Shown here piece after piece: positions 29,248-38,411 of a stretch of DNA of 64,000 nucleotides (position 1 is the stretch's first letter; each line of letters opens with the position of its first letter). This DNA is from an uncultured Anaerolineaceae bacterium. Lineage in GTDB: Bacteria; Chloroflexota; Anaerolineae; Anaerolineales; UBA4823. Location of the stretch: the NCBI GenBank assembly GCA_964385625.1, contig CAYLPS010000001.1, positions 27,287 through 91,286 of the forward strand, read 5' to 3'. The notes under the pieces are model-generated. The model saw only the letters and a list, made by a program, of their open reading frames with translations. It was not told the DNA's origin and ran no database searches. Position numbers and translations under genes: made by a program.

Positions 29248-29516
29248 TGATGGAAAGCCAGAAAAAACACGATCATTCGCAATGCCGTAAGCTACTCGGT
29301 TCACTTTCCGCATATGTGGACGGTGAGCTCGATAGAAGATTATGCATTGAGCTGGAAAAGCACATGGAAACCTGCGAGGATTGCCGGATTGTCGTGGACA
29401 CTCTGCGCAAGACCGTATACCTCTATCACGCTACTTCTCAAACCGAAACGATACCCCCTGATATCCGCACACGTTTATATAAAAGTCTCAATATCGAGGA
29501 TTTTTTAGAAAAATGA
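29244..29516 (+). CDS. Zinc-binding anti-sigma factor (ZAS, RsrA-like, soluble)
   Basis: ATGA overlap with the sigma gene. 90 aa with no TM segment. It carries the HxxxCxxC motif (EKHMETCEDC) plus an upstream Cys (HSQCRKLL...YVDGEL). Confidence 0.75.
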   Translation: MMMESQKKHDHSQCRKLLGSLSAYVDGELDRRLCIELEKHMETCEDCRIVVDTLRKTVYLYHATSQTETIPPDIRTRLYKSLNIEDFLEK

Positions 29517-29542
29517 TCTTACCAGTGGTTTGGGGGTGAGAG

Positions 29543-31438
29543 TTATTTTAATCGTCGGTTGTCGCCTTCGCGCACTGTAATCCCCTGAGCATCCAAATAT
29601 TCCAATAAGGCAAGAACATAGCGGCGGCTGGTGTTGAAGTGATCGCGCACCTCCGCAGCAGTAATTGTATTTTTTTGTCTCAATAAATCACCGATCTCAG
29701 CAACCATTTGGTCGTAATCTTGTTTTCGAAAGACCACATCAGGGGGGATGGGCACCAGCAATCCGGTTTCGATCAGCGCGTTGTAAAGCTCTTCACCCAC
29801 CTCGGATATGCATTCTTTGGCGGTGGGAGGCGAGAATGGCGAGCTTTTAAAACGCGCCAGCAGGTTATCAATGGTCCGCTGTTGCTGGACGTTGAATTGT
29901 ATTGCATATCCCGGTCGCCTGACATGGGTGCCGGTGTCTTCCAGCGCGCCCTGCTGAGTGATACGGCGTAAAAGTGCAGGGAAAAGGCGGGTGGATAATT
30001 TCAGGCGTGATTTTAGCTCCTCGCGCGGTATCCCGCGCCGCAGGGGATGATGCTGATGATACTCGTTTACTTCATGCACCATCTGCTGCTTCAGTTGCTC
30101 CCAATATACCCTGGTGGTGATCAATCCCTGGGGAGAAAGCGAGCTGATTTCTCCATTCTCCAGGGAAATGATTTCCCCTCTGGTCAGCATGTCCTGCAAG
30201 GTATGCTCAGCAACCGCCCGATCCAGGTTTGCGCGTTGGATTACCTCTTGGGCTGAGGCAATTCCCAATACGAACATTGATTGGGTCAGGATTTCTTCGG
30301 GTGTGCCACGCGCCAGTACTTCCAGACGGTTGACCTCTTGGGCTAAAAACCGTTTATGCCGCCCTTTAGGCTGGGCATCGATCACCATCCCGCCTCCAAG
30401 GGTCTCTCCAGGAGATGGCCTTCTCAGGATGTACCTGTCTCCCCGGATGGCTACGGTGGGTTCATCCAGCTCCAGTTGCAGCCAGCCTTCTTCTCCTGGT
30501 AGCAACTCGTCACTTCCTAGTAAGCGCACTCTGGATTGAATTTCAGACGCGCCAATGAAAAATTTAACCAGCGTATCGTGTTTCAATGGCTGGGAAATAT
30601 CTGCCAACAGGCGAAAGCGTACATCAATACGGCGGGTAGGTTGGTAACTATTTGGATAGGCAAGGACATCGCCCCGTTTTACCTGCTCAACATTCACCCC
30701 GGTAATATTTACTGCAGTCCGACTCCCTGGGACGGCAGTTTCCACTTTCCGTTTATGGGTCTGCAGGCCGCGGATGCGCGTGTAGTGCCCGGCAGGCAAT
30801 ATCTCTAGATCATCGCCAATGTGCAGGCTTCCATCGCTGAGGGTGCCGGTGACGACTGTGCCAAAGCCAGGCATGCTAAAGGAGCGGTCAACAGGCAGGC
30901 GCGGCCGTCCTAGGTCGGGATGTTGAGGGCGATCAGCCAGGCATTCATCCAGGCGATCTAATAGCTCAGCAATCCCCTGGTTGCTACGGGCAGATACACG
31001 CACGATAGGGGCATTTTCCAACACTGTATTCCTGAGTGCGCCGTGTATCTCGTCTTCAACCAGGTCCAGCCAGTCAGGATCATCTACCAGGTCGATCTTA
31101 TTGAGCGCAATCACCCCTCCCTGCACTTGCAATAAATCGACGATCGCCAGGTGCTCCTTCGTTTGCGGCATAATGCCTTCATCTGCAGCGATGACAAACA
31201 ACACCGCATCAATCCCGCCTATCCCAGCCAGCATATTTTCGATGAAATCACGGTGACCAGGAACATCGACGATGCCAATCTCCTCTCCTGATGGCAGGGT
31301 TAACCAGGCAAAGCCCAGGTCGATGGTCATTTCCCGCTCGCGCTCCTCCTTGAGCCGGTCGGGATTGGTGCCGGTTAATGCAAGGACGAGTGAGGATTTT
31401 CCATGGTCAACATGGCCGGCTGTACCAATAACGTGCAT
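29543..31438 (-). CDS. selB: Selenocysteine-specific translation elongation factor
   Basis: GTPase motifs GTAGHVDHGKSSL, DVPGHRDF and NKIDL, EF-Tu-like domains II/III, and a ~250-aa C-terminal winged-helix-like extension. The ATG at 31438 lies 5 nt after the upstream stop. Confidence 0.85.
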   Translation of the reverse strand: MHVIGTAGHVDHGKSSLVLALTGTNPDRLKEEREREMTIDLGFAWLTLPSGEEIGIVDVPGHRDFIENMLAGIGGIDAVLFVIAADEGIMPQTKEHLAIVDLLQVQGGVIALNKIDLVDDPDWLDLVEDEIHGALRNTVLENAPIVRVSARSNQGIAELLDRLDECLADRPQHPDLGRPRLPVDRSFSMPGFGTVVTGTLSDGSLHIGDDLEILPAGHYTRIRGLQTHKRKVETAVPGSRTAVNITGVNVEQVKRGDVLAYPNSYQPTRRIDVRFRLLADISQPLKHDTLVKFFIGASEIQSRVRLLGSDELLPGEEGWLQLELDEPTVAIRGDRYILRRPSPGETLGGGMVIDAQPKGRHKRFLAQEVNRLEVLARGTPEEILTQSMFVLGIASAQEVIQRANLDRAVAEHTLQDMLTRGEIISLENGEISSLSPQGLITTRVYWEQLKQQMVHEVNEYHQHHPLRRGIPREELKSRLKLSTRLFPALLRRITQQGALEDTGTHVRRPGYAIQFNVQQQRTIDNLLARFKSSPFSPPTAKECISEVGEELYNALIETGLLVPIPPDVVFRKQDYDQMVAEIGDLLRQKNTITAAEVRDHFNTSRRYVLALLEYLDAQGITVREGDNRRLK

Positions 31439-31443
31439 GGTTT

Positions 31444-32622
31444 TTAATGAGAGCTCCCCATCGTCCGTTCGTAAGCCGTGACCCATTCATGCGCCAGTGC
31501 CAGCAGCGATTGCAAGCGTTTTTCAACCAGCTCGCTGGCCTGTTGTTGAAGGTCTTTCACTTCTTGCAGCTCATCTTCGAATAAAGTAATCTGGTCGGTA
31601 AGTTTGGAAAATTGACGCCCGGCTTCATTGCGCTGCTCTTCCTGGGTCAGGGTGTAATTGGTCCATCGTTTTTGATCATCAGCCTTATAAGCCACCCAGT
31701 CTTGCCTGAAACGGTCTTCCGACAGGCGTTGTATTTCGGTGATCTCGCTGATGCGCCTTTCCACGCGTTGGATTAATTCCTCCAGGTTTCCCTGGATGCG
31801 CTTCACCTCTCTATGGGTGGCATCCAGGTTGACCAATTGCCCTTCAATATCCACAGCCTGGTTTTCGATGGTATCGAAGCGTGTTTGCCATTCTTTCCAG
31901 GTGCGATCACGTTCAACATCTGTGACGGCTTGTTTATTTAAAAAATTAGATATTGCATCACGTCGCTCGTCTTCGACGGTCACCAATTCATTTAACCGCG
32001 TATCTATCTTCCGCAGGTTCGCATTCATCAAGTCATTCTGCCCTCTCTGCTCATCCATGCGTTTCCGTAATGCATTCACCTCCCCCTGCAGGTCAACAAT
32101 CCGTTTCGCATCCTGTTTACGGCCATCCTCCAGCAGGCGGATGGTGCGAATATATTCCTCTTCTTCAATGCGCACCGCCTCGATTTTCCCGCGCAGCTCA
32201 TCTAAGGCGCGCCGTGTGGCAATCTCTCCATCAACATGTGCCTGGATATTCTTGTCCAGTTTTGGGATCACCTCAAGTTGCTTTTGAATTTCAGCAAAGG
32301 TGCCATCGAATGATTTGATTTGCACGCGCTGCACTTTTTCGGATTCATCAATGCGCAGCTTGACCGTCTTGTCCAGCGCATCGACGGCTTGTTTGCTTTC
32401 CAGGCGGGCCTTCACCAACGCCTGGTCATATTGGTCCATCCGTGTGATGATGGCTGAAAGCCGGGTGAGCTCGCTGCTCAGGCCTTTACTTTGTTGCTGA
32501 GAGGCAGCCAGATTACCTTCTAAAGTTACCAGCTTGCTTTCTAGCAGAGCGATCGCATCTTTCTCTTTTCGGCGATCCTCTTCCACCCATTGAATCCGTT
32601 TTTGGATTTGGTCAATATCCAT
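31444..32622 (-). CDS. Coiled-coil-rich protein, function unknown
   Basis: 392 aa, almost entirely heptad-like, charged and helical (E/K/R/Q/L rich), with no TM segment. The ATG at 32622 is preceded by GGATCAGGAG. The longer ORF-track start is unsupported. Confidence 0.65.
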   Translation of the reverse strand: MDIDQIQKRIQWVEEDRRKEKDAIALLESKLVTLEGNLAASQQQSKGLSSELTRLSAIITRMDQYDQALVKARLESKQAVDALDKTVKLRIDESEKVQRVQIKSFDGTFAEIQKQLEVIPKLDKNIQAHVDGEIATRRALDELRGKIEAVRIEEEEYIRTIRLLEDGRKQDAKRIVDLQGEVNALRKRMDEQRGQNDLMNANLRKIDTRLNELVTVEDERRDAISNFLNKQAVTDVERDRTWKEWQTRFDTIENQAVDIEGQLVNLDATHREVKRIQGNLEELIQRVERRISEITEIQRLSEDRFRQDWVAYKADDQKRWTNYTLTQEEQRNEAGRQFSKLTDQITLFEDELQEVKDLQQQASELVEKRLQSLLALAHEWVTAYERTMGSSH

Positions 32623-32685
32623 GTCGGCTCCTGATCCTTTGTTTATCGAATGTATTTCGACGATGAAGGGTGAAGTTACAGCCTG

Positions 32686-32713
32686 ATTATAGCATGAGGT
32701 GAATTCATGGCAT
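32686..32713 (-). promoter_or_regulatory. Candidate extended -10 promoter for the coiled-coil/selB transcription unit
   Basis: The minus strand reads ATGCCA-N16-TATAAT with TGc immediately upstream of TATAAT. It lies in the 91-nt gap after the membrane trio. Confidence 0.3.
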
Positions 32714-34123
32714 TTATCTGGCGATATTGGGAAAAATCTGGGAAATTTGTGCCAAAGTGGGTGAAAACCAATTCGGGAGTAGGCCGGCAAGCACAATCAG
32801 CACCATCCCGATGATGAGGAAAAGTGCCACACTCGTTCTTTCTTGGATGCTCCAGTTTTGATCTTGATCGACCATCAACAAGGCTCTCAAGGTGCGTATC
32901 CCGCTGATGAACAGGCCGACGCTACCCAGCATGGTGATGATGGCCAGCAGCAGTGATTGGCTCGTCAGGTCGCTCCAAAGTGCTAAGCGTGATGGAAAGC
33001 CTGCCAGCAGGGGTAGACCGGCCACCGAGAAATTTGCTACCAGCAGGCCGGTGGAAACAATGGGCATTTGCCTGGCTGCACCCTGGATCGCAGAAAATCG
33101 AAGCTGGTCGGTGCCAGTATTGGACTTCGTCCTGATTATTGTGGATAGGGCCAGTGCCCATACCCCAATCGCCAGTCCACGCGGTAAAAGCAATGTGAAA
33201 AATAGCTGTGCGCCATTGCTAACCGTCATCGATAACAGCGAAAATCCAATTTCCACCATGCAGGCATAACCGAGGATACGCCCCAGGTGATGTTGGAAGG
33301 CAGACCAGATTCCCCCAATGAGAACCATCATCACACCCCCAAGCTGCACCATGTTGATCACCGGCACAGACATGCGCAGCCAGAGGTAACGATCCATGAA
33401 CCCAAGCCCTAATAGCGAGACCATCCAGGGAAGGATGACCAGGACAAAGCCCACCGCGTAGGGGTGCGATTCTTCAGCTAGCATGGGAATCCAGGTATGG
33501 AACGGGAAAATTGCCAGAAGAAAAAGAAATCCAAAACCCAAGGTAAGGGAAGCCCGGGTCATTAGTAATAATTCTTCAGGGCTGGCCTGAACACCAGCAA
33601 GCAGCCAGCCTGAGAAAAGGATGAACGGAAAGCCAAAAGACTGGAAGATGATAAACCGCAGCACACCTTTACCGATAGGATGGCCGGGCTGCGCCAGGAT
33701 GGGGACACAAACCAGGACGGCCAATTCAATTAACAACGCCGCGTATAGGAAAGGCTCCACTGCAATGGCAGCAATTAACAGCGCACCCACCACCATCCCC
33801 AAAGGCACATACATTCTTCCGGAATCTGCCACGTATACCAACGCAAACCAGAAGGCCATCAGCATGAAAATTGCGACTAATAATGGTTGTTGGGAAGGAG
33901 TAAGTGTAAATTGCCTCCCCAGGATTACCAGGCTCTCGTGGATCGTCATGGACCAAGGCCCGATTTTGATCAGCTCGTCGATGTGTATTTTCCAGGCTGC
34001 TCCTGCCAGTAATAGCATTATTACGGTACCGCATGCCACTGTGGTGCGGTACCAGCGCCGGAAGAAATACAGGATGATCCCACTGATCCCGGGAACGATG
34101 ATCCAGATCAATGCTGAGCTCAT
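32714..34123 (-). CDS. Antiporter-like membrane subunit (Mrp/NuoM/NuoN/HyfF-like proton-conducting transporter fold), divergent
   Basis: 469 aa with about 14 TM helices. It retains the family core FPFHTWIPMLAEESHP and a TM-embedded Glu (LLIELAVLV). There is a TAATG overlap with the upstream gene. Confidence 0.6.
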   Translation of the reverse strand: MSSALIWIIVPGISGIILYFFRRWYRTTVACGTVIMLLLAGAAWKIHIDELIKIGPWSMTIHESLVILGRQFTLTPSQQPLLVAIFMLMAFWFALVYVADSGRMYVPLGMVVGALLIAAIAVEPFLYAALLIELAVLVCVPILAQPGHPIGKGVLRFIIFQSFGFPFILFSGWLLAGVQASPEELLLMTRASLTLGFGFLFLLAIFPFHTWIPMLAEESHPYAVGFVLVILPWMVSLLGLGFMDRYLWLRMSVPVINMVQLGGVMMVLIGGIWSAFQHHLGRILGYACMVEIGFSLLSMTVSNGAQLFFTLLLPRGLAIGVWALALSTIIRTKSNTGTDQLRFSAIQGAARQMPIVSTGLLVANFSVAGLPLLAGFPSRLALWSDLTSQSLLLAIITMLGSVGLFISGIRTLRALLMVDQDQNWSIQERTSVALFLIIGMVLIVLAGLLPNWFSPTLAQISQIFPNIAR

Positions 34124-34716
34124 TAAGTGCTCTCCATGCTGGGGGCTACCAGTATGTAAGCGCCTACTAATGCCAGCCCCAGGGTTATGCCGGCAAGTAG
34201 CCCGGTTACCAGCGTCGACATTTCCAAAGCTGCATACAGGATCTCGAATCCTGACAGAGAAGTGAGCAATCCAGTGAAAATTCTTAGAGGGTGAGTGGTG
34301 AGGCTCAATTGAAGTAATCCGAAGCTGATCAGGACGAAACTACCCCATCTGGTGGGTAAATTAATCATCGAAAGCCAGGTCTCAGAATGCAGGACCAGCG
34401 AGGTGACCGTCAGGGCGACGATAAGGGCTGCCAACAAACGGAATAGTGGGCCAAACCTTGCTGGTTGATCCAGCTCATGCCAGCTGCTTGATGATGTGGC
34501 CATAGCAATCCCCAGGATCGCCCCTGCCATCCACCCCGCCACCATCTTTGCTACAGCCATTTCCACCGGCCAGGAAGGAAACACCAGAAAGAACACCCCA
34601 ATGTATTGCACTGCCAGGGCGCTTACACAATACCGCCAATCGCGGACCAATAAAATGAGCATTGAAGTCAGGCTTACCAAAATTACTGCACCAATTAGCA
34701 CCGGCTCGGAGGTCAT
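34123..34716 (-). CDS. Small polytopic membrane protein (HyfE-like size and position), function unknown
   Basis: 197 aa with about 6 TM helices, sandwiched and translationally coupled between the two antiporter-like genes. Confidence 0.4.
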   Translation of the reverse strand: MTSEPVLIGAVILVSLTSMLILLVRDWRYCVSALAVQYIGVFFLVFPSWPVEMAVAKMVAGWMAGAILGIAMATSSSSWHELDQPARFGPLFRLLAALIVALTVTSLVLHSETWLSMINLPTRWGSFVLISFGLLQLSLTTHPLRIFTGLLTSLSGFEILYAALEMSTLVTGLLAGITLGLALVGAYILVAPSMEST

Positions 34717-34726
34717 TCGCCTACCC

Positions 34727-36448
34727 TTATCTCTGCAGAAATACCAGGATCAAGGCGAATAAGACAATCGCCCATAGAATGCCTCCATCGCCTTCTAGAA
34801 TGGTTGAGAAAAGGGTGAATATCCTGGAAACCAGTTGGAATAGTTTCCCCAACAAACCATAGAACCATTCCAATGAAAATAGGCGGTCCAGAAAGCCCGG
34901 ATTTAGTGGAAGGCGGATACCTGATATCGGTTGGAGGTAGCGCCAGAAAAAGAAAAGTGAAAATCCAGCAATAATCAAGGTGAGTGGGCCGATGATCCAG
35001 CTTGCTAATGCCAAATTGTTGAGATCTGGCACTAGCAGGTAGCCAAACGCTAAATGCGTGATCACAATCAAGATCAGCCCGAGTGGGTAAAGGAACCAGG
35101 CCCATCTTTCTACCTGTATCGGTTGTTCCGGCACAGCTGGGTAAATTTCCCGCAGGCTATGCCGTACAAAACCTGCCAGCAGGAATGCCTGGGTGAACAG
35201 AAATAGCAGCGAAAAAAAGGAAAATAATGTCAGGCTCACGCCTGCCATTGCTGAGAATCGATATAGAGACGCGCCCTGCCAGGTGGGGCTGAAAGGAAGT
35301 GTAGATAGGCTGGCCGCCTGCAAAACGACCAGGGGGAGAAGGTTGCGATGGCGTATAGACATGGAAAAAATGAAGCCGCCTGATAGCAGGCTGGCAATGC
35401 TCCATGCCAGGCAGGCAGATGGCAGGTTCAATATCGCAGCAGCAAGGATCAGGGATGCTGATCCGAGCAACCAGTAAGCCCTGCCTTCAAGGTCATCCCT
35501 GGCAGTCAGCCATTTCACCCCTGAAAAAATACCACCCAGGGCGATTAACCCCAGGAGATACGGCGTGATTGCTCCACTGACGCTATTATTCGACAGCCTC
35601 GCCAGAAGAATATAGCTGGATGCAGCGGGAATCAACCTCAACGCCGATCCAAGATGGCGGTTCATAACCAACCCTCGAGCGAACGGCTGAAACGGCAACA
35701 CACCCAGGCGTATGCCAACTGCAATCAGCAGGATAATATTTACCCCTGGTGAAATTGCATCGAAATTCAGCCCATCACCTTGTGACCATAATACAAGCGT
35801 TGCGAATAATAATATAACCAAACCCGCCAGCCTGGCAGAGAATATCAGCACTGCCCGCTCAAGCATTTTGGCATGCTGCGCTTGGCTGAGTAATATAAAT
35901 AGCTCGATGATATCCAAGACTGCCCAGGCGAGCAACACAGTGAGCAGGTTCCCTGCTGACACGGCCACCATGCTGATGCTAGATAGGAGCAATATTGCCG
36001 CCCATAATTGCCAGTTGGCGACCGAGCCAGGCGTAACGGTTGTTTTCATCATGCTGGCAGGCGCACTATCCAGGTTTCCCTGGCTCTCCCCACTTAGCGC
36101 GGCGGTTGCCGGTGTATTTTGGAACCTGGCTGCAGAAGATTGGCCAAGCTGGGCGATAGATGAAATTACAATACAGAGTGACAACGAAACCAACGCTAAT
36201 GCTAGGTACCACGAAGTTTGGTCGATCAATAGCGAGGGGGAGGTTGAGAATAATATTTCAGGTTGCCAGTTCAGTAAGGCAATATTCGCGGGTATATCCG
36301 TGCGAGCGAGGATAACCATCACCAGCCCGCCAATCGTTGCCAGCACGGCTAAAAATCCCTGGATGCTGAATTGCGGCCGGGCTAGGCGAAAGATCAGCAT
36401 GACAATTGGAATAAAAATGAATAAAAAGATAGTCAGGAGTATGAGCAT
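34727..36448 (-). CDS. Highly diverged antiporter-like membrane protein (NuoL/MrpA/HyfD-like?)
   Basis: 573 aa with about 16 TM helices. The segment NLLTVLLAWAVLDIIELFILL resembles the TM5 WE motif region. The equivalent of the HxWLPDA core reads LPFQPFARG. Confidence 0.4.
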   Translation of the reverse strand: MLILLTIFLFIFIPIVMLIFRLARPQFSIQGFLAVLATIGGLVMVILARTDIPANIALLNWQPEILFSTSPSLLIDQTSWYLALALVSLSLCIVISSIAQLGQSSAARFQNTPATAALSGESQGNLDSAPASMMKTTVTPGSVANWQLWAAILLLSSISMVAVSAGNLLTVLLAWAVLDIIELFILLSQAQHAKMLERAVLIFSARLAGLVILLFATLVLWSQGDGLNFDAISPGVNIILLIAVGIRLGVLPFQPFARGLVMNRHLGSALRLIPAASSYILLARLSNNSVSGAITPYLLGLIALGGIFSGVKWLTARDDLEGRAYWLLGSASLILAAAILNLPSACLAWSIASLLSGGFIFSMSIRHRNLLPLVVLQAASLSTLPFSPTWQGASLYRFSAMAGVSLTLFSFFSLLFLFTQAFLLAGFVRHSLREIYPAVPEQPIQVERWAWFLYPLGLILIVITHLAFGYLLVPDLNNLALASWIIGPLTLIIAGFSLFFFWRYLQPISGIRLPLNPGFLDRLFSLEWFYGLLGKLFQLVSRIFTLFSTILEGDGGILWAIVLFALILVFLQR

Positions 36449-36463
36449 GCCGGATTGGGATAT

Positions 36464-37879
36464 TTATAACATAGTGCCTGGTTTTCGATGCAGGAAACGC
36501 CCCATGCCAGCCCTACCCAGCCATTGATCACCATCTACGATCAAAGTTCCCCGTAAAAACACCTTTTCCGGATACCCGACCAGCTCCCAATTCTCGAAAA
36601 GATTATAGTCTGTGCGGTGCTGCGCATATGCCACGCCATAGCGTAAGCGACGCTCAGGATCCCAGATGACGATATCGGCATCCGAGCCGGGCAGTAATGC
36701 GCCCTTTTGGGGGTATATACCGAATATTTTTGCTACATTGGTGCTGGTGAGAGCCACGAACTGGTTGGGTGATAGCTTGCCTGACCGCACACCATAGGTC
36801 CAAATGATTGGAAGGCGATCACCCACCCCGGGCAGTCCATTGGGGATTTTGGTAAAATCATCCTTCCCAAGCTCCTTGCCGGGTATGGCCACCGGTTGAC
36901 CCTCATACATGATCGGCTTTGTTCCATCGTAAAAGAATGCACAATGGTCGGTGCCAATGGTCTGTAATGTGCCATCCGCTAAACCTTGCCAAAGGCGTTG
37001 GTTATCCACTGGTGAGCGTAACGGCGGTGAGCAAACCCACTTGGCGCCATCCGGATAGCGAAGCTGCTCGATGGAGAAAAACAGGTATTGCGGGCAGGTT
37101 TCTCCCATCATGTTCACGCCACGCTCCCGCGCATAATGCAGCTGGTCCACCTCTCCGGTGGTGTTCATATGCACCAGGTATAACCTTGCACCGGCTTGTG
37201 CGGCTAATGCTGCGGCGCGCAATGCGGCTTCAACAGCCCCCCAGGCAGGGCGGGTGAGGGCGTGCCATTCAGGGGTCGTGTGGCCTTCCGCCAAAGCTTC
37301 GGCCACCAGGAGATCGATCACATCACCGTTTTCTGCATGGAGCATGGTGAGCAGGTCGTGTTTTCTTGCCTGGCGCAATATCTGGAAAATCTCTCCATCC
37401 GAAAGTCGCAGGCGGTTATTATACGCGGTAAACACCTTCATGGTTGTTACACCCAGCTTGGGTAGCTCGGCAATTTCGCCTGCCACATGCTCGTTGAAGT
37501 GGGTGATGTTCATGTGAAAGCCAAAATCAATAGCTGCCAGGGCGTCGGCACGTGCGTGCCAGGCTTCCACGCAAGCGGACAATGAATCAAGATCCTGGGA
37601 GATGAAATCAAGGGCTGTGGTGGTGCCTCCAAAGGCAGCTGCTTTATGACCCGTGTAGTGGTCATCCGATGTGATAGTGCCAGACATCGGCAGGTTGAAG
37701 TGCGTATGCGGGTCGATCCCCCCCGGCATTACCAGCTTGCCACTTGCATCGACAACATCGGCCCCTGCGGATGGCAGGTTATTCCCGATGGCAGTGATGG
37801 TCTCGCCATCGACCAGAATATCAGCCTGGAAGGTTTCGGAGGCGGTAATAATCATCCCGGATTTAATGAGTAAAGTCAT
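36464..37879 (-). CDS. Dihydropyrimidinase / D-hydantoinase
   Basis: Motifs GGIDPHTHF, GVTTMKVF (carboxylated-Lys region), MLHAENGD and IGTDHCAF; 471 aa. Confidence 0.8.
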   Translation of the reverse strand: MTLLIKSGMIITASETFQADILVDGETITAIGNNLPSAGADVVDASGKLVMPGGIDPHTHFNLPMSGTITSDDHYTGHKAAAFGGTTTALDFISQDLDSLSACVEAWHARADALAAIDFGFHMNITHFNEHVAGEIAELPKLGVTTMKVFTAYNNRLRLSDGEIFQILRQARKHDLLTMLHAENGDVIDLLVAEALAEGHTTPEWHALTRPAWGAVEAALRAAALAAQAGARLYLVHMNTTGEVDQLHYARERGVNMMGETCPQYLFFSIEQLRYPDGAKWVCSPPLRSPVDNQRLWQGLADGTLQTIGTDHCAFFYDGTKPIMYEGQPVAIPGKELGKDDFTKIPNGLPGVGDRLPIIWTYGVRSGKLSPNQFVALTSTNVAKIFGIYPQKGALLPGSDADIVIWDPERRLRYGVAYAQHRTDYNLFENWELVGYPEKVFLRGTLIVDGDQWLGRAGMGRFLHRKPGTML

Positions 37880-37893
37880 GGCTTGGCTCCAAT

Positions 37894-38400
37894 TTATTGC
37901 TTTATGGATTGAAATAAATCAACACTGGTGCTATCTACATTTGTTTTTAGCAGTTGTATGGTTTTATTCAAAATTGGATGGACCAGGTCGGGCGCAATTT
38001 CTGCCAGCGGCACCAGTATAAAAGCGCGTTCGGCGATGCGTGGGTGAGGGATGGTGAGCTGAGGCGTATTCATGACGAACTTGTCGTAGAACAGGATATC
38101 TAGGTCGATCGACCGCGGGCCAAACCGGAAGCTTTCCTGGCGTCCCAAGGATGTTTCTAAGGATTTTACGAAGGCAAGCAAGCTGGTGGGCTCCAGGTCG
38201 GTTTCTGCTTTGATGACCTGGTTTAAGAATGTTGGCTGGTCGGTGTAGCCCCAGGGTTCTGTCTCGTAAATGGAGGATTGCTGGCTGACCTTTACTTTGG
38301 GCGGCAGCAGGGATATGGCCTTGCGTAAATTATTCAGGCGATCCCCCAGGTTGCTGCCTAATGATAGGTAAATTTGGTGGGTCATAATCAGTGAATCCAT
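37894..38400 (-). CDS. folK: 2-amino-4-hydroxy-6-hydroxymethyldihydropteridine diphosphokinase
   Basis: Motifs YLSLGSNLGDR, SSIYETEPWG, RFGPRSIDLDIL and LTIPHPRIAERAFILVPLAEIAP. Confidence 0.85.
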   Translation of the reverse strand: MDSLIMTHQIYLSLGSNLGDRLNNLRKAISLLPPKVKVSQQSSIYETEPWGYTDQPTFLNQVIKAETDLEPTSLLAFVKSLETSLGRQESFRFGPRSIDLDILFYDKFVMNTPQLTIPHPRIAERAFILVPLAEIAPDLVHPILNKTIQLLKTNVDSTSVDLFQSIKQ

Positions 38401-38411
38401 TAAACCTTAAA

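Noticed and set aside
35712-36527. Long ORFs antisense to real genes (for example 35712-36527 +, 33621-34265 +, 26348-27028 +, 14076-14693 -, 62463-62999 -, 15802-16218 +).
   Set aside because: They lie fully inside stronger opposite-strand genes that have recognisable motifs. Their translations are low-complexity (Arg/Ser/Pro/Ala-rich), as expected for shadow ORFs in GC-rich coding DNA, and they have no RBS or family motif.
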